A stretch of DNA of 64,000 nucleotides from the NCBI GenBank assembly GCA_002506755.1, contig DAYD01000008.1, positions 2,151 to 66,150 of the forward strand, given 5' to 3'. The position numbers were made by a program, and so were the translations under genes. How positions within the stretch are numbered: the first letter of the stretch is position 1; every line of letters begins with the position of its first letter. Origin of the DNA: Euryarchaeota archaeon UBA462 (GTDB taxonomy: Archaea > Thermoplasmatota > Poseidoniia > Poseidoniales > Thalassarchaeaceae). Below, piece after piece: positions 62,257 to 64,000 of this stretch. Under the pieces are notes generated by a model that saw only the letters and a list, made by a program, of their open reading frames with translations, searched no databases and had not been told where the DNA came from.

Positions 62257-63393
62257 CTACCCGATGGATAGGCCATGATGCTTTCCAGCAACCGCAAGTT
62301 GGTGCAGGAACCTCTCAAAGTGGATTCTTGGGTAAGTTGACCTTTGTAATCCCACATCGCATTCAGACAATGACTCAAGCATTTTCTGCCTGAGTGCAGA
62401 TGGCACACTGAGCCGACGTCCTACGATCACGTTGTGTATCTGAGATACGAGATCGGTTGGATCGAGTCCGTGGTCGTTCAACAGATTATCCACTTCTGCC
62501 ATAGCTCCGGCCAAGACTTTTCTATTCCTACCCCCCTTGTTTTCCCACTTCCACTCGACTACTTTCCCCCTAAGTGCAAGTTCGACAAGGTGCCTTCCAG
62601 CCTGTAGAGTGGAAGCCTGTACCATCTTGTGAACAGATGACCTGTCAGAGGCAAGACCCCTAATATGGAGAAGCTCGAGGGTGAATATTGCCTTCTTGAG
62701 ATTGCCGTTCGAAACGTATGCGATATCCTCTAAAACTCCGTCTGCTGGAAGACATCCATTCTTCTCTGATAAGGAAGAGAGGGTTGAAACCACCAAATCT
62801 CTACTTGTCGAAGGGATTCTGATCATCTGAGTTCTAGATCTAAGGGCGTCAATTATTCTGGAAGAAGCTCTAGCTACTAGAACGAACCGCGAGGCCCCCC
62901 CTATAGTCTCCATCATTCTCCTAAGGTATGCTTGTCGGATATGACCAAGGTAGTCCGCATCTTCGATTACAATCAGACGACTAATCGGAACTTGTCCTAC
63001 TCTAATCGCGATCTCTGACCCGGCTGGGGCCACACTATCGTTCATCCCCAGTGATATGCCTCTGTCAAAAGCGTCTAGGCTCATCCTCCCAACTAGCGTA
63101 TCGGAATTCGCTCCACTTGGCCTCAGGAACTCCTCGAAGGATGTCATCGCACCCCTCGTTCTGGCTAAATCTCTAGCCTGCAAAACATGGGTAGTAGACT
63201 TCCAACCGGGACCCAGTATCTGCCTTGCAAATAATCTCCAAATGGTAGTCTTGCCCACTCCGGGCGGTCCAGTCACCAAAAGATGTGGGGGCTCAGAGGC
63301 GGTACTAGTTGATTTCAAGGTCTGCTTAACATTGTCTGGAACGGCCAAATCCTCGAACTTATCGGGAGACTGAGTATTCAGCCAGCTCGCCAC
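62257..63393 (-). CDS. rfc: Replication factor C (clamp loader) subunit, divergent small-subunit-like AAA+
   Basis: Walker A LLVTGPPGVGKTT; Walker B region LIVIEDADYL; sensor/SRC region IDALRSRTQMIRIP; N-terminus SWLNTQSPDKFEDL in place of the usual WVEKYRP. Confidence 0.7.
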   Translation of the reverse strand: MASWLNTQSPDKFEDLAVPDNVKQTLKSTSTASEPPHLLVTGPPGVGKTTIWRLFARQILGPGWKSTTHVLQARDLARTRGAMTSFEEFLRPSGANSDTLVGRMSLDAFDRGISLGMNDSVAPAGSEIAIRVGQVPISRLIVIEDADYLGHIRQAYLRRMMETIGGASRFVLVARASSRIIDALRSRTQMIRIPSTSRDLVVSTLSSLSEKNGCLPADGVLEDIAYVSNGNLKKAIFTLELLHIRGLASDRSSVHKMVQASTLQAGRHLVELALRGKVVEWKWENKGGRNRKVLAGAMAEVDNLLNDHGLDPTDLVSQIHNVIVGRRLSVPSALRQKMLESLSECDVGLQRSTYPRIHFERFLHQLAVAGKHHGLSIG

Positions 63394-63431
63394 GACCTTA
63401 TGGAAAGGGGGCGGGTCTTGAACTCAGCTAT

Positions 63432-63695
63432 TCACTCTGCCTTCAGGACCTTCGCCATACCGTCTTTTCGAGGCTTGACAAAAATCCTGTAGCCGCACTT
63501 GTGGCATGACTTTCCGGTCGAACCGGCCTCAGCCCAAGCCATAAGTCCGCAGTTGACGCATTTATACCGAATCTGCAATGGATCCATTGGTGAATTGCAG
63601 TGAGCACATTGCTCCTCTCCAGTGGGATTGTAACTCCTCTTATCTGTCCTATTGCAGTTTCGGCACTTGTGTAGGATCATCTGCTCTTCCTTCAT
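63432..63695 (-). CDS. rpoP: RNA polymerase subunit P (Rpo12)-like protein, possibly with an extra N-terminal zinc ribbon
   Basis: The C-terminal 51 aa, MDPLQIRYKCVNCGLMAWAEAGSTGKSCHKCGYRIFVKPRKDGMAKVLKAE, fits the RpoP pattern (YxCxxCG...CxxCGYRIxxKxR). The upstream 36 aa hold a second CxxC-x17-CxxC (CRNC...CAHC). An alternative start is ATG at 63587. Confidence 0.55.
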   Translation of the reverse strand: MKEEQMILHKCRNCNRTDKRSYNPTGEEQCAHCNSPMDPLQIRYKCVNCGLMAWAEAGSTGKSCHKCGYRIFVKPRKDGMAKVLKAE

Positions 63696-63750
63696 CTCTA
63701 CCGAGCAGGGCGACCTGCCAGTGCTTCTTCAACCTGTCCTATACAAATCA

Positions 63751-64000
63751 TCAGGCTTTGCATATCTCAACGAAGTTTTCAAAGATGTTCGAGCCGTAAG
63801 TCGTGTCGTTAACTTCTGGATGAAACTGGAGTCCAAAACGGTCCAATTCCTCATTCTGCATTGCCTGTACTTGGCAGGACTCGCTAAATGCAGTTATCTT
63901 GAATCCAGGAGGAATCTCCGTGACTTCGTCATTGTGACTTTCCCAAACAGTCTGATGAGTAGGAGTTCCTGTGAAAAGAGGGCCTCCTCCATCCACTAGA
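63751..64000 (-). CDS. guaA: GMP synthase glutamine-amidotransferase subunit, C-terminal part (5' end beyond the right window edge)
   Basis: VWESHNDEVTEIPPGFKITAFSESCQVQAM...FGLQFHPEVNDTTYGSNIFENFVEIC is the class-I GATase His/Glu region of GuaA. The frame stays open to the window end. Confidence 0.8.
   Translation of the reverse strand, partial: LVDGGGPLFTGTPTHQTVWESHNDEVTEIPPGFKITAFSESCQVQAMQNEELDRFGLQFHPEVNDTTYGSNIFENFVEICKA

Overview
This looks like an archaeal chromosomal segment. Archaeal markers present are TFB, topoisomerase VI A and B, RpoN, an RpoP-like protein, ribosomal proteins L18e/L13/S9, an RFC-like clamp-loader subunit and two PAC2/Pba-type proteins. Bacterial-type genes are mixed in: NAD-dependent LigA, RlmH, a PlsC-like acyltransferase and an AapJ-like binding protein. 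The gene content fits a marine planktonic Thermoplasmatota or Marine-Group-II-like euryarchaeote, but that is inference only. I call about 48 protein genes and 3 tRNAs (Arg-GCG, Pro-GGG, Arg-CCT, all with encoded CCA). I saw no rRNA, CRISPR array, transposase or integrase. Coding density is very high, and several gene pairs overlap by 1-15 bp. The main result is that three giant surface proteins take up 25.2 kb (39%) of the window. The largest sits at nt 1-12003 on the reverse strand, has at least 4001 codons and runs off the left edge. It is missing from the supplied ORF track because its stop codon lies outside the window. It carries an LTD-like domain followed by about 30 tandem two-cysteine modules of about 119 aa. 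These modules form a 3177-bp super-repeat that contains a 135-bp core of perfect identity. The second giant (2640 aa) has at least 30 thrombospondin-type-3-like calcium-binding repeats and a cytosolic DUF4129-like tail. The third (1750 aa) has a vWA domain set inside a repeat array. Other points worth a second look: a DnaQ-like exonuclease, Cas4-like Fe-S nuclease and LigA cluster; a lipobox binding protein on a long coiled-coil stalk; a domain-permuted aconitase-family enzyme; an RpoP with a possible second zinc ribbon; and matching acidic-aromatic C-terminal tails on two unrelated proteins. All functional calls rest on motifs I recognised by eye. No database search was run.
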